A DNA stretch of 64,000 bases from Meyerozyma guilliermondii (taxonomy: Eukaryota), in the NCBI GenBank assembly GCA_051546255.1, contig CP128815.1:1922001-1986000 (forward strand), read 5' to 3'. The translations under genes and the position numbers were made by a program. The notes under the pieces were generated by a model, which was not told where the DNA came from, searched no databases, and saw nothing but the letters and a program-made list of their open reading frames with translations. Shown in pieces: positions 33,094-42,906 of the stretch (its first letter is position 1; each line of letters begins with the position of its first letter).

Positions 33094-33312
33094 CTATATT
33101 CGAGTATTGTAGATACCTAACGCTATCGAAGCGACACCAAACGTAAACGCCATTACGGTGCATACCTTGATCGACCTCCGGATCCCGGCAGATCGAATGG
33201 TGAAACCATCCCGATACTCCCGTGCGTATAAAACTACTCCAGTAAGTACATTGAAAAAGCAAACGATTCCGCAAATTAATTGCACCACTTTTACCTTAGC
33301 ATGGACAGACAT
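33094..33312 (-). CDS. Putative small two-TM membrane protein (72 aa)
   Basis: AAAA-ATG-TCT start context; two hydrophobic stretches; lies in intergenic space with no overlap. Confidence 0.4.
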   Translation of the reverse strand: MSVHAKVKVVQLICGIVCFFNVLTGVVLYAREYRDGFTIRSAGIRRSIKVCTVMAFTFGVASIALGIYNTRI

Positions 33313-33487
33313 TTTTAGACTCTGCTTGTGATCATCTCCACTTCATGGAAATTTGGATCTATGGCTTGTGGGTCATGAGCATAAATATGAAATTATTTGA
33401 GAATTTTGCAAAATGTGCATGGGTGGGTTCGGCCCACGCAGGACCCTGGCTAAGCCTCGTGCACAAAGTATATTTATTAATTTTGCT

Positions 33488-36232
33488 CTAATTAGCTTCC
33501 GATTGCTCACCATCCTCTTCATCGTCACTGTAGTCTTCTTCCACATACGATACTCTTCTCCGCTGGAAATCTTTGATATGCGCCCGATTAACGGCATCGC
33601 TAATATTGGCAATTGTCGATTTACGCCGAGACAACTTGGCTCCAGATTGAATTGTTCCAGTGTCACCGCTGCGACCCGACTCGCGTCCGCGAGACGTTCC
33701 AGTAGCTGTAGAAGTGCCACCGTGCCTCACATTATTGTTAACCCAATCTGTGTTCGCACCACCAACGGAATTGTAGCGCAAGTTTACCAATTTTTTGGCA
33801 GCCATTTCCATATGGGGACTGATTGGATATGGTAACGGCGCATCTCTGGAGGCCCGGAAAAGTATCACGTTTGTTCTGTGTTCGTTCTCCATTCTGAAAA
33901 ATATCCATATGAATCTTCTCACAATCTCCGCGAGCGCTATGCAAAAACTAGTAACGGCCGATTGTTGGACTTGATTGCTGAAAAACGCATAGAAGATCCA
34001 TTGGAACCTCAAGATCACGTTGGTGACCATTGCAAGGTAGTAGACAAGGGGATTTTTGAAAAATAATGTATCTCTCAAGAGAAAGTGCTTTGCCTGAGGT
34101 TGCATCAACGACCAGTCCATAAAAATGTCCCACGACGAGGTGTATAAAGAGTTGATACATGCAAAGAATATGAAAGCTGCTCGCGTCTGGTTGGTTCGGT
34201 CAATTCGATAGACACTCAACAAGCAATAATAAATCGTGGTTATCATGTACTTTGACATGTTAGCAAGATGCGGGAACCAGTCCCCAGTATCCATGTAACG
34301 CCGAGCACATTGAAGAAAACGGAGAATCGATGGCAAGCTGCTGAAGAATCCCATGACTCTCGAGCTTGAAGACGAACAAGTATTTTTTCCCCCGCCAATT
34401 ATACCTCTCCAATGATGGGCATACAAGCAAAAGAAGAATGGGATGTTACCGGAGCTGTAGGTTAAAGAGCAAAGAATGTCGCCAAGGAAGAAGTCTCTGA
34501 ACTCGACAGGATAAAAGCCGGAAAGAAGAAGTCTCCAAAGAGCCACTTGAAGCCATCGTCTGCTTGAACCATACAATTGACTTCCTGGCCAGAGGAATAT
34601 GACGAGCATAATACCGAAAAATATCCAAGGCCAATCACGGCCTGGAAAATCGCTTGGCCAATAATCATTGAAACTGAACCATGCTAGTAAAGACAACAAG
34701 GCAAATCCCAAACATGGAAGAAGGAAAAACTGTTTGAGATCAAGGGCGGTAGCAATGTTGAACTCAAAGATAAACTTATAGTTGATCCTGAACAAATCAA
34801 ACACGTAGAGATTGATGCCAAAAAGGATGGTTATTAGGTTCACGAGGAAGAATCCACCCCAAACTTGTAATAGGAACTTGCCCTCAGGAAGTTGTCCAGA
34901 AAGTGTAGCATGCAAAGCGGTATACAAGCCTAGAACGAACAATGGGATACCAAAGCCCAACAATATTCCTGCAAGAAACAACGAAGGATAGTAAGTTGGC
35001 TGTCGTATATCCGTGTTATTGAGAGCGTATGTCATGCTTTTCAACTTTTCCAACGAATGCTTACGCTCACTTGTACCCTGATCAAAAAAAGTGATATACA
35101 ACTCTTCAACTTGAGTGGTCAATTTGTCCAACATGTCACTAGTTTGGAAATAGGCTTCTTTGTCAATCTTGCCCATAGTTTTCTTGCACACGGACGATCC
35201 CGTAGCCTTGTCGAATTTCTTTGTAATTTTCCTAAACGCTGTACGGTTGAGGATTCTATACGATCTCAACAATGCAAGAGACCTATAGTACTCAAGCATT
35301 GCATCCTTTAGCTGTTTTCTGGCATAGAGGTATGGAACACGATACTGCTTTTTCACCGAGTAGTCCCGCCTTGTATTCAAGGAGTTGTTTTCACGGATAG
35401 CATCCGGAACTTGAGAAGCACTTTCATCGGAGCCCGAGGTAACACTCAGGGCTTTTTGACCCTCAGAATCTATTGAACTTTCATCGTCGTTATCGAATGA
35501 TAGCCCATTTCTGATACGGTTCTGGGCAGAATTGGGGTCGTATATGTATTCGTCTGTCATAGAAACGTCGTCCGAACGTCGTTTCTTTCTCCATTGTTTG
35601 AGAAACACCGTGGAAGGAAGGGACGGTAATTCTAACCGTTGCAACATAGATAACGCTGAACGAGTATGAAATGCCAACTCATTTACTGTATGATATACTG
35701 CCTCGGTCTGGGGCACATGGGCGATACGATGGCTCTCACGATTGTGCTTTGCTGCCACGGTACGGTTCACCTTTTTCTGCTCCCGAAGTTGGTATAGTTG
35801 ATCCTGTAAAAGCAAAAATCTTTCGTAAATTTCTTGTTCTCTTTCTCGATAGAACAGCTCCACCTTAGCAAGCTCTTCATCGAGCCATTCGGTGAACTGG
35901 TCTTTTTCCTTGAGAGAAGTTGCCTTATCTTTCGAACCAAAAAATGGAAATTTTATGGAGCTTGGTCCACTTTTTGTACTGGCACGGGTCTCTGGCTGCT
36001 GCTGCATTTCGCTTTCATTCAAGTTTGGATCATCGATATTGTACGAATCTGGCACCGTTCCTTGTCTTTCAGCATCGAGAAGAGGAGTTAGATCATTTGG
36101 TTTTCTAGAATCGAAATCTTCTTGCATTCGTTTGGAAGCTGCCTTGACCATTTTCTTTCCCAATTTGTAGTCCAAGTACTGCCCCTTCCATTCGGGAACT
36201 AAGCCCTCGCTGAGGGACTCGCCAAACTTCAT
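33488..36232 (-). CDS. SYG1: SPX-EXS phosphate exporter-like protein (Syg1/XPR1)
   Basis: Starts MKFGESL...PEWKGQYLDYKLGKK (SPX); LNRTAFRKITKKFDK; EXS motifs EFRDFFLGD and RRFIWIFFRMENEH. Confidence 0.93.
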   Translation of the reverse strand: MKFGESLSEGLVPEWKGQYLDYKLGKKMVKAASKRMQEDFDSRKPNDLTPLLDAERQGTVPDSYNIDDPNLNESEMQQQPETRASTKSGPSSIKFPFFGSKDKATSLKEKDQFTEWLDEELAKVELFYREREQEIYERFLLLQDQLYQLREQKKVNRTVAAKHNRESHRIAHVPQTEAVYHTVNELAFHTRSALSMLQRLELPSLPSTVFLKQWRKKRRSDDVSMTDEYIYDPNSAQNRIRNGLSFDNDDESSIDSEGQKALSVTSGSDESASQVPDAIRENNSLNTRRDYSVKKQYRVPYLYARKQLKDAMLEYYRSLALLRSYRILNRTAFRKITKKFDKATGSSVCKKTMGKIDKEAYFQTSDMLDKLTTQVEELYITFFDQGTSERKHSLEKLKSMTYALNNTDIRQPTYYPSLFLAGILLGFGIPLFVLGLYTALHATLSGQLPEGKFLLQVWGGFFLVNLITILFGINLYVFDLFRINYKFIFEFNIATALDLKQFFLLPCLGFALLSLLAWFSFNDYWPSDFPGRDWPWIFFGIMLVIFLWPGSQLYGSSRRWLQVALWRLLLSGFYPVEFRDFFLGDILCSLTYSSGNIPFFFCLYAHHWRGIIGGGKNTCSSSSSRVMGFFSSLPSILRFLQCARRYMDTGDWFPHLANMSKYMITTIYYCLLSVYRIDRTNQTRAAFIFFACINSLYTSSWDIFMDWSLMQPQAKHFLLRDTLFFKNPLVYYLAMVTNVILRFQWIFYAFFSNQVQQSAVTSFCIALAEIVRRFIWIFFRMENEHRTNVILFRASRDAPLPYPISPHMEMAAKKLVNLRYNSVGGANTDWVNNNVRHGGTSTATGTSRGRESGRSGDTGTIQSGAKLSRRKSTIANISDAVNRAHIKDFQRRRVSYVEEDYSDDEEDGEQSEAN

Positions 36233-36405
36233 GGTACAGCTATATGGGAAGTATACGATCAATCTCTCCGAATCAGTCTCAGCGCAAAAGTCCAAAGTTC
36301 TCGGTGCTTGGGTGGACACGCACGAACGGCTGAAACGTGGGGCTGAAAGAGAGTATAGCCACCAGGCATCTAAAACCTAAAAAAACGGCAACCAGACATC
36401 TCCAG

Positions 36406-38331
36406 CTACTCGTATCGTACATATAACGCATCTATAAAGTGGGGGTGTTTAATACCCGGGGTTCGGGCCATTCGAAATCCTTCAACAGCTTCGCGCACCG
36501 TCCACCCAAGCCGCTCGATGAGATAGGAACAAATCAAGAAACCAGTCCTGTTGAATCCATAATGACAATGAACCGCTATTAAGGGGTGAGGAACGTCGCA
36601 ATTATTAAGAATATCGTCCACAAGCTGTATAAACCTGCGCACAGACCCCTGGTCCGGTACCACCTTGGAGACGGTTGCACATTTATAGTACATGATGTGT
36701 TTGAAATTTTTGGGGCTGTAGGGAGGAATATCAGCCGATATGTCGATTATGGCAGCCAAGGTGCCTTGTATAGACGGATGTTTCTTATCCGAATAAAAGA
36801 GGTTCTCGAGAATTTGCGGTGAGTGAGTGGAGTCTCCTTCACGTAGAGTCTTCATGCCTAAGAGAGGTGCCATATCTTTCCCGCCATTGCGGGTAATGTT
36901 TAAAGACAACGGGTTCAAGTCCAACCATTTCTGCTCGTTTTTCAACCCCCACTTATCTCCAGAAATGTTAGCCTTGACTTGTAGAACCCACGCAGGGGAA
37001 AGGTGAAGTCTTTCCGGAAACTTGGCTTCGATGTGGTTCAATATCACTCCACTGATATACTCGGGCTTCACCAAGAGAAGCGAATGACCGGCATTGGGGA
37101 TCTCAATGGCCCTTGAAACTTGACGACCAAATGTTTTAGTGAGGTAGTAATCTGTCTCGTGCACCACTTTGCATGCGGTTACTTGGTCTTCTGAACCACC
37201 CACGAAAAGGGTCTTTTCATAGGTGTTTTTGTCTGCCAGACGATCGTTGAAGTTTCTTATTGCGGCAAGAAGATCAGTATAGGAGGCACGTTGAAACCCG
37301 TCAATATACTTGAGAATGATATCTGTGTCAATATCTAAATTCCACCGAAGTTGACGCAAGCTATTATAAATATTAGTATTGTTCTTTGCAAGCTGGCGCA
37401 ATACGCTTTTACTCTCCAAGCCCTCGAGTCGATCCCACACTCTAAAGCAATTGAACAACCATGAAGAGCGTGCAAAAACTTTCATAAACGACAAGAGATC
37501 GGATTTTTGAGGCACGGTATCGTCGTGAAATGGAGGTGGTGAGAGCAATATTAATCCTTCCACTTTGTGCGCAGGTAGTTTCTTAGCCAACTTTACGGCC
37601 AAGTGGGTGCCCATAGAGTGGCCCACCAATACCACCTTCTTGCCTTGAGGTATCTGCTGGTTAACATATTCATACAAGATGGACACTAATTTGTTTGTGG
37701 AAAAATCGCTCGTGGCCATCAGCAGTATCGAGTTAGAGACTTTTGCCTTTTGTTCTTCGGACAAGATGGTGATTGACTTGCCCTGGTTTTCGAAAGAGCG
37801 ACGAGAGTTCCCAAATCCTGGGAGATCCACCGATAATATTTCCAGGCACTGCGAAAGAAGACCCATGAGTGGCTCAAACTGAGACATTTGGCCGCCCAAG
37901 CCATGAACAAAGAAAAACACCGGCGACTCCTGTAAATCCTGCGGCACGTGCAACGCTTCTGCCTGGTGTTTATTGGTTTCGTTCCGCATAAAATTGACTA
38001 ATGGATGAGGTATGTGCATCGAAACCAACGACACCGACTCCACCGATAAATCTTGATGACGAAGGTCGATATCCACCACACTGGAGTACTTGGCCACTAG
38101 GGAGCAGTCACTGGGCTCAGATTTGAGCACAAAGTCTTCAAAAGTGTTGTGGTACCGACATAATTGCAACTTGACGAACTCCCATGACTTGGTGAGGGCA
38201 GTGCTAGTTTGCTGTTTCTGGGCATCAGAAGCATTTTTCAAGACATCAAAGGAATTGAGCATATGCCCGTCGCTACGCGAGGTCAGAACTGCCGTTACAG
38301 CCAACAACTCCTGCTCGTCGCCGTCATTCAT
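36406..38331 (-). CDS. Alpha/beta-hydrolase fused to a cysteine phosphatase (RNA 5'-triphosphatase/DUSP11-like) domain
   Basis: HGLGG, DLPGFG, GHSMG nucleophile elbow, AGHS; C-terminal VHCHYGFNRTGFLIC P-loop at 36541-36570 and RTPGIKH..FIDALY. Confidence 0.88.
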   Translation of the reverse strand: MNDGDEQELLAVTAVLTSRSDGHMLNSFDVLKNASDAQKQQTSTALTKSWEFVKLQLCRYHNTFEDFVLKSEPSDCSLVAKYSSVVDIDLRHQDLSVESVSLVSMHIPHPLVNFMRNETNKHQAEALHVPQDLQESPVFFFVHGLGGQMSQFEPLMGLLSQCLEILSVDLPGFGNSRRSFENQGKSITILSEEQKAKVSNSILLMATSDFSTNKLVSILYEYVNQQIPQGKKVVLVGHSMGTHLAVKLAKKLPAHKVEGLILLSPPPFHDDTVPQKSDLLSFMKVFARSSWLFNCFRVWDRLEGLESKSVLRQLAKNNTNIYNSLRQLRWNLDIDTDIILKYIDGFQRASYTDLLAAIRNFNDRLADKNTYEKTLFVGGSEDQVTACKVVHETDYYLTKTFGRQVSRAIEIPNAGHSLLLVKPEYISGVILNHIEAKFPERLHLSPAWVLQVKANISGDKWGLKNEQKWLDLNPLSLNITRNGGKDMAPLLGMKTLREGDSTHSPQILENLFYSDKKHPSIQGTLAAIIDISADIPPYSPKNFKHIMYYKCATVSKVVPDQGSVRRFIQLVDDILNNCDVPHPLIAVHCHYGFNRTGFLICSYLIERLGWTVREAVEGFRMARTPGIKHPHFIDALYVRYE

Positions 38332-38620
38332 GGTGCGACAGTGTTATTGATAAGAAGAAAGATATGCGACAGAACGCTGTATCCAGGAAACCACAGAGAC
38401 GGAACGGCGAGAGAATTGGGCCACAAAAGACAATTTTGAAAAAGTATAAAAACTAGAGGAGATGAGAAATCGAATCTGAGTTAGTTAAAGCAACGAATTG
38501 GCCCACTTTGCAAACTCAATTGCTTTCCAACTACCAATGGCCCTCCGTACCTTCTTCGTCCTCTTCGCCCCATATGCACACCCGCGACCTCTTTTTGTTC
38601 ACGCTGCGGACCACACGGCC

Positions 38621-41600
38621 ATGAAACCCTACAACATGGATTCAATCGATTCGTTTGACGATCTCGATAATTCGTTGGACAAGGCATTGAATCGTGCGCT
38701 GAACACCATCTTCACATACAACACTCCTCCTAGTGTGCGCCAAAGCAGTTCCGGTTCAAATAATGCCATTCCTCTTTCCACCATGGTTGGCCACGAACGT
38801 GATTCTAGAGACTACGAAAACGACAGCTCTCCTTTAATAGGTGGACGGACCTCCATAGATACTAGGCGGGCCGTCCGTGGGGAGCAACTGTTTTTTCAGC
38901 GATTCATAAATTTTTTTCAAAGAGCACGCAAAGAGCTTAATGACGAACGAATAAGAGCCATGAATGCTAAAGACACAACAGATTCACCCGACCAACGCCA
39001 GTTTGGCGAGCGGTACATCAGCCCCAAAGATAACTCCAGAAAGTCGTCGTACCCTACAAATGCCGTCTCCAATGCCAAGTATAATCCCATCACATTCATC
39101 CCGATTATTCTCTACGAACAGTTCAAGTTTTTCTTCAACCTTTATTTCCTCCTCGTGGCGTTGTCGCAGATCGTACCGCAATTGCGAATCGGATACCTTA
39201 GTTCCTATATTGTTCCGTTGGCATTTGTGCTCACCGTAACAATGCTCAAAGAGGCTCTCGATGATCTTTCCAGAAGACATCGTGATAGAGAACAGAACAA
39301 CGAACTCTACGAGGTGCTCAATCGCGCGAGTCTGATAGCACCAGAGGCAAAGTTGGTGCAGTCCAAGAACCTAAAAGTGGGAGATTTGGTTCGTCTTCAT
39401 AAAGATACCAGAGTACCAGCCGATATGATTTTGCTCCAAACTTCAGAGAAGGACGGAACAGGAGAGGCATTCATCAAGACAGATCAATTGGATGGAGAAA
39501 CCGACTGGAAACTACGTGTTGCTCTCAATGCAACCCAGTCGCTTACTAGCATTTCACAACTTTCAGACAGCATTTCCTTGATTGTCTCCGAACCCACCAA
39601 ATCGATTCATAGCTTTGCGGGAAAACTTATTCATCGCCCTCACCAACAGGATACCTCATCATCTGATCAAACTTACCCGTTAACTATCGACCAAACTTTA
39701 TGGGCCAACACGGTCTTGGCCCTGGGACTGGCTATTGGTATCGTGATCTACACTGGATACGAGACAAGGCAGCTGCTTAATACTACCAAGACTGGAGTAA
39801 AGACTGGGTTATTGGAATTGGAAATCAACAAAATCTCCAAGATTCTTTGCATAGTTGTTCTCGTTCTATCCGTTGCATTGGTTTTGGCCCACGGCTGGCC
39901 ATTGAAGTCCACATGGTACATTGACATTCTCAGATTTCTTATTCTATTTTCAACAATCATTCCCGTATCGCTTCGAGTGAACTTGGACTTGGCAAAGTCC
40001 GTTTACGCATCGCAAATTCAAAGAGATTACGAGATCGAAGGTACCATTGTACGAACATCGACCATTCCTGAGGATTTGGGAAGAATAGAGTACTTATTAT
40101 CGGACAAGACAGGAACATTGACCCAGAACGATATGGAGTTGAAGAAATTGCATCTAGGTAGCGTGAGCTATTCGGGAGATACTCTTGATATGGTGGGAGA
40201 ATACGTTGCTGGTATGCTTTCATTGATTGATACAAATCATCCTAAGAAGCGAGATTTGAGTGGAAGAGTTTGCGATTTGGTACTTACACTTGCACTTTGT
40301 CACAATGTCACTCCTACCTATGACGAAGAAGACTCTGATTTCGGTACCGCGGTGACCTATCAAGCTGCATCGCCGGACGAAACGGCAATTGTAAAGTTCA
40401 CTGAGCTGGTTGGTTTGAAATTAGTAAAGAGAGATCGCCAGTCGATAACTCTATACCACACAAGCTCCAACACAATACTTGATTTTGAGATTCTTTACAT
40501 TTTCCCCTTCAGCTCAGAGACTAAGCGGATGGGTATCGTTGTAAAGGATATCCAACGAAACGAAGTTTGGTTTATGCAAAAGGGAGCAGATACTGTCATG
40601 GCACCCATTGTGACATCAAGCGACTGGTTAGACGAGGAGACTGGTAACATGGCTAGGGAAGGTCTTAGAACGCTTGTAATTGGACGCAAAAAGTTGGGAA
40701 GCGAATTGTTCCAAGAGTTTGTCAACAAGTACCAGAAAGCATCAGTAGCAATGCATGAGCGTGAGGCTTCGATGCAAAGGGTTATTTCGCAGTTGCTCGA
40801 ACAAGATTTGGAACTTTTGGGTCTCACAGGAGTTGAGGATAAACTTCAAATGGATGTCAAGACCTCTATCGAACTATTGAGGAACGCTGGATTGAAGATA
40901 TGGATGTTGACAGGTGATAAGGTTGAGACTGCCAAGTGTGTTTCGATCAGTGCTCGACTCATATATAGGGGACAATATGTTCACCAAATCACCAAATTGT
41001 CTCATCCCGATATGGCTCTACCACAATTGGAGTACCTCAAGTCCGATACTCAAGCCTGTCTTCTCATCGATGGTGAATCGTTAGCAGTCTACCTCAAGCA
41101 TTATCGACAGGAATTTTTATCGGTGGTTATTCATCTTCCTGCTGTGATTGCTTGTAGGTGCACTCCTCAACAGAAGGCAGATGTTGCGTTGTTAATCAAA
41201 GAGACAACGGGTAAGCGAGTATGCTGTATTGGAGATGGAGGAAATGATGTGAGCATGATTCAATGTGCTGATGTGGGAGTTGGAATTGTAGGAAAGGAAG
41301 GAAAGCAAGCTTCTTTAGCAGCCGATTTCAGCATTGATCAATTCTGCTACTTGCAAAAATTGCTTTTGTGGCATGGAAGAAACTCATACAAGCGCTCAGC
41401 AAAGCTTGCACAATTTGTGATTCACAGAGGACTTCTTATTTCAGTTGCACAGGCAGTATACTCGATCTGTTCCAAGTTCGAACCACTAGCCTTATACCAA
41501 GGATGGCTCATGGTAGGATACGCTACACTCTATACGATGGCCCCAGTGTTTTCTTTAACGCTCGACTGTGATATTGATGAGCATTTGACAAGACTATATC

Positions 41601-42037
41601 CCGAGCTTTATCGTGAATTGACTCTTGGCAAGGCATTATCGTACAAGACATTTTTCATGTGGGTTTTGATTTCACTTTATCAGGGAGTTGTGATCCAGCT
41701 ATTGAGCCAGAAATTCGACGGAATCGATCCTAGCACCTTCAAAATTATGGTGGCACTTCTGTTCTCCGCATTAGTCTATAACGAGTTGATCATGGTGGGG
41801 TTGCAAATTAACAAGTGGAACCGAATTATGATGTTAACAATTATCATCACATTTATGATTTATGTCGGGTCCATTCCATTTTTGGGCGATTACTACGATT
41901 TGGACTATGTTACGTCATTCAGCTATATATGGCACACGGCGGTAATTTTGGTGGTTAGTTTGTTGCCCGTGTGGGTGTCGCTTGCAATCAGTAGACGCAT
42001 CCGGCCACCCACGTATGCCAAAGTGCAACAAGATTGA
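38621..42037 (+). CDS. NEO1: P4-ATPase phospholipid flippase Neo1
   Basis: DQLDGETDWK, IIPVSLRV, DKTGTLTQN, MLTGDK, IGDGGNDV; first ATG at 38621. Confidence 0.96.
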   Translation: MKPYNMDSIDSFDDLDNSLDKALNRALNTIFTYNTPPSVRQSSSGSNNAIPLSTMVGHERDSRDYENDSSPLIGGRTSIDTRRAVRGEQLFFQRFINFFQRARKELNDERIRAMNAKDTTDSPDQRQFGERYISPKDNSRKSSYPTNAVSNAKYNPITFIPIILYEQFKFFFNLYFLLVALSQIVPQLRIGYLSSYIVPLAFVLTVTMLKEALDDLSRRHRDREQNNELYEVLNRASLIAPEAKLVQSKNLKVGDLVRLHKDTRVPADMILLQTSEKDGTGEAFIKTDQLDGETDWKLRVALNATQSLTSISQLSDSISLIVSEPTKSIHSFAGKLIHRPHQQDTSSSDQTYPLTIDQTLWANTVLALGLAIGIVIYTGYETRQLLNTTKTGVKTGLLELEINKISKILCIVVLVLSVALVLAHGWPLKSTWYIDILRFLILFSTIIPVSLRVNLDLAKSVYASQIQRDYEIEGTIVRTSTIPEDLGRIEYLLSDKTGTLTQNDMELKKLHLGSVSYSGDTLDMVGEYVAGMLSLIDTNHPKKRDLSGRVCDLVLTLALCHNVTPTYDEEDSDFGTAVTYQAASPDETAIVKFTELVGLKLVKRDRQSITLYHTSSNTILDFEILYIFPFSSETKRMGIVVKDIQRNEVWFMQKGADTVMAPIVTSSDWLDEETGNMAREGLRTLVIGRKKLGSELFQEFVNKYQKASVAMHEREASMQRVISQLLEQDLELLGLTGVEDKLQMDVKTSIELLRNAGLKIWMLTGDKVETAKCVSISARLIYRGQYVHQITKLSHPDMALPQLEYLKSDTQACLLIDGESLAVYLKHYRQEFLSVVIHLPAVIACRCTPQQKADVALLIKETTGKRVCCIGDGGNDVSMIQCADVGVGIVGKEGKQASLAADFSIDQFCYLQKLLLWHGRNSYKRSAKLAQFVIHRGLLISVAQAVYSICSKFEPLALYQGWLMVGYATLYTMAPVFSLTLDCDIDEHLTRLYPELYRELTLGKALSYKTFFMWVLISLYQGVVIQLLSQKFDGIDPSTFKIMVALLFSALVYNELIMVGLQINKWNRIMMLTIIITFMIYVGSIPFLGDYYDLDYVTSFSYIWHTAVILVVSLLPVWVSLAISRRIRPPTYAKVQQD

Positions 42038-42579
42038 AGATTAGTAATTGCAAAGATTATTAATTGTCAGTTATCATTGGACACAGTGAGTCCACAGGAC
42101 CCATTAGGTGGATCCACATTGCACTTCTGCATATGACATGGGATAACTACTGCAGTTAAACCACAGCGGTTCAGTGCTAAAGCCACAGGCACACGCAATT
42201 GTGGCGTGATGCAGGAACTATTTTTTTTTGTTGTGCAAAGGTGCAATTGTAGTACTACCTATTGATTGGATAGATAGAGTCGTATAGGAAGGAAAACCAT
42301 GACCTATGCTATTGAACAAATTATACTAAGGGGGATTGTTCATTGAGAAACGAGGATCCCCATTGATCTCGTTCCCTAAACTACCATTGTTATCGGCTGC
42401 AAATACTAAAGATGCGATGGATGTGCATATCGGCCTCGGGCTGCATTTCCAAATTTGGTGGTGGTACGATTGCGCAGGTCCGATACATATAACAACACTC
42501 TCGCTGTACTTTAGTACTAAGTATACTGCAACTATCAAACCTATACTACACTATTTCAAAGCCTATACTATTTCATAAG

Positions 42580-42744
42580 ATGCACTCGGCCCAGATAGGG
42601 AAGGTGTTTACATCGAGACTCATGCTTGGATACCTCGGATTTCTGATCACTACGCCGTTCTTGTGGTCGTATAAAGAGCTGATGCAAACGCTGGAGTACT
42701 TAAAAGGTACTGCCACTGCTCGAACCTTGTTCAACAAGATATGA
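42580..42744 (+). CDS. Putative small single-TM protein (54 aa), not in ORF track
   Basis: MHSAQIGKVFTSRLMLGYLGFSITTPFLWSYKESMQTSEYLKGTATARTLFNKI (table 12); A/C-rich leader with A at -3; sits in an otherwise empty 870-bp gap. Confidence 0.5.
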   Translation: MHSAQIGKVFTSRLMLGYLGFLITTPFLWSYKELMQTLEYLKGTATARTLFNKI

Positions 42745-42906
42745 ATCACGAACGTTCCATGAACCTTTAGTTCGCCAAAGCTATTCTATTAGATAGCTGA
42801 TAGACTGTCTAGTTACTGTCTCGTTACTGTCTAGTTTTACCATCTACTTTCATCTTTCTGTCTGTCCTTGCGGTCTTTGTACCTTTAAGTACCTAATCTA
42901 TGTACA

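Noticed and set aside
36233..36319. Non-ATG N-terminal extensions in the ORF track (SYG1; likewise CPR6, COQ2, NEO1, RSM18, NAP1)
   Set aside because: The track allows TTG/GTG starts; family-typical N-termini begin at downstream ATGs (the SPX domain starts at MKF).
22667..38331. Apparent phosphate-related gene cluster (SurE phosphatase, SIT4, SYG1, cysteine phosphatase)
   Set aside because: The genes are interspersed with unrelated housekeeping genes over 16 kb; there is no evidence of a functional cluster.
42038..42906. Possible ncRNA (snRNA, SRP, RNase P/MRP, telomerase) in the long gap
   Set aside because: No diagnostic motifs recognised by eye; a small ORF explains the gap better. An Infernal/Rfam scan would be decisive.
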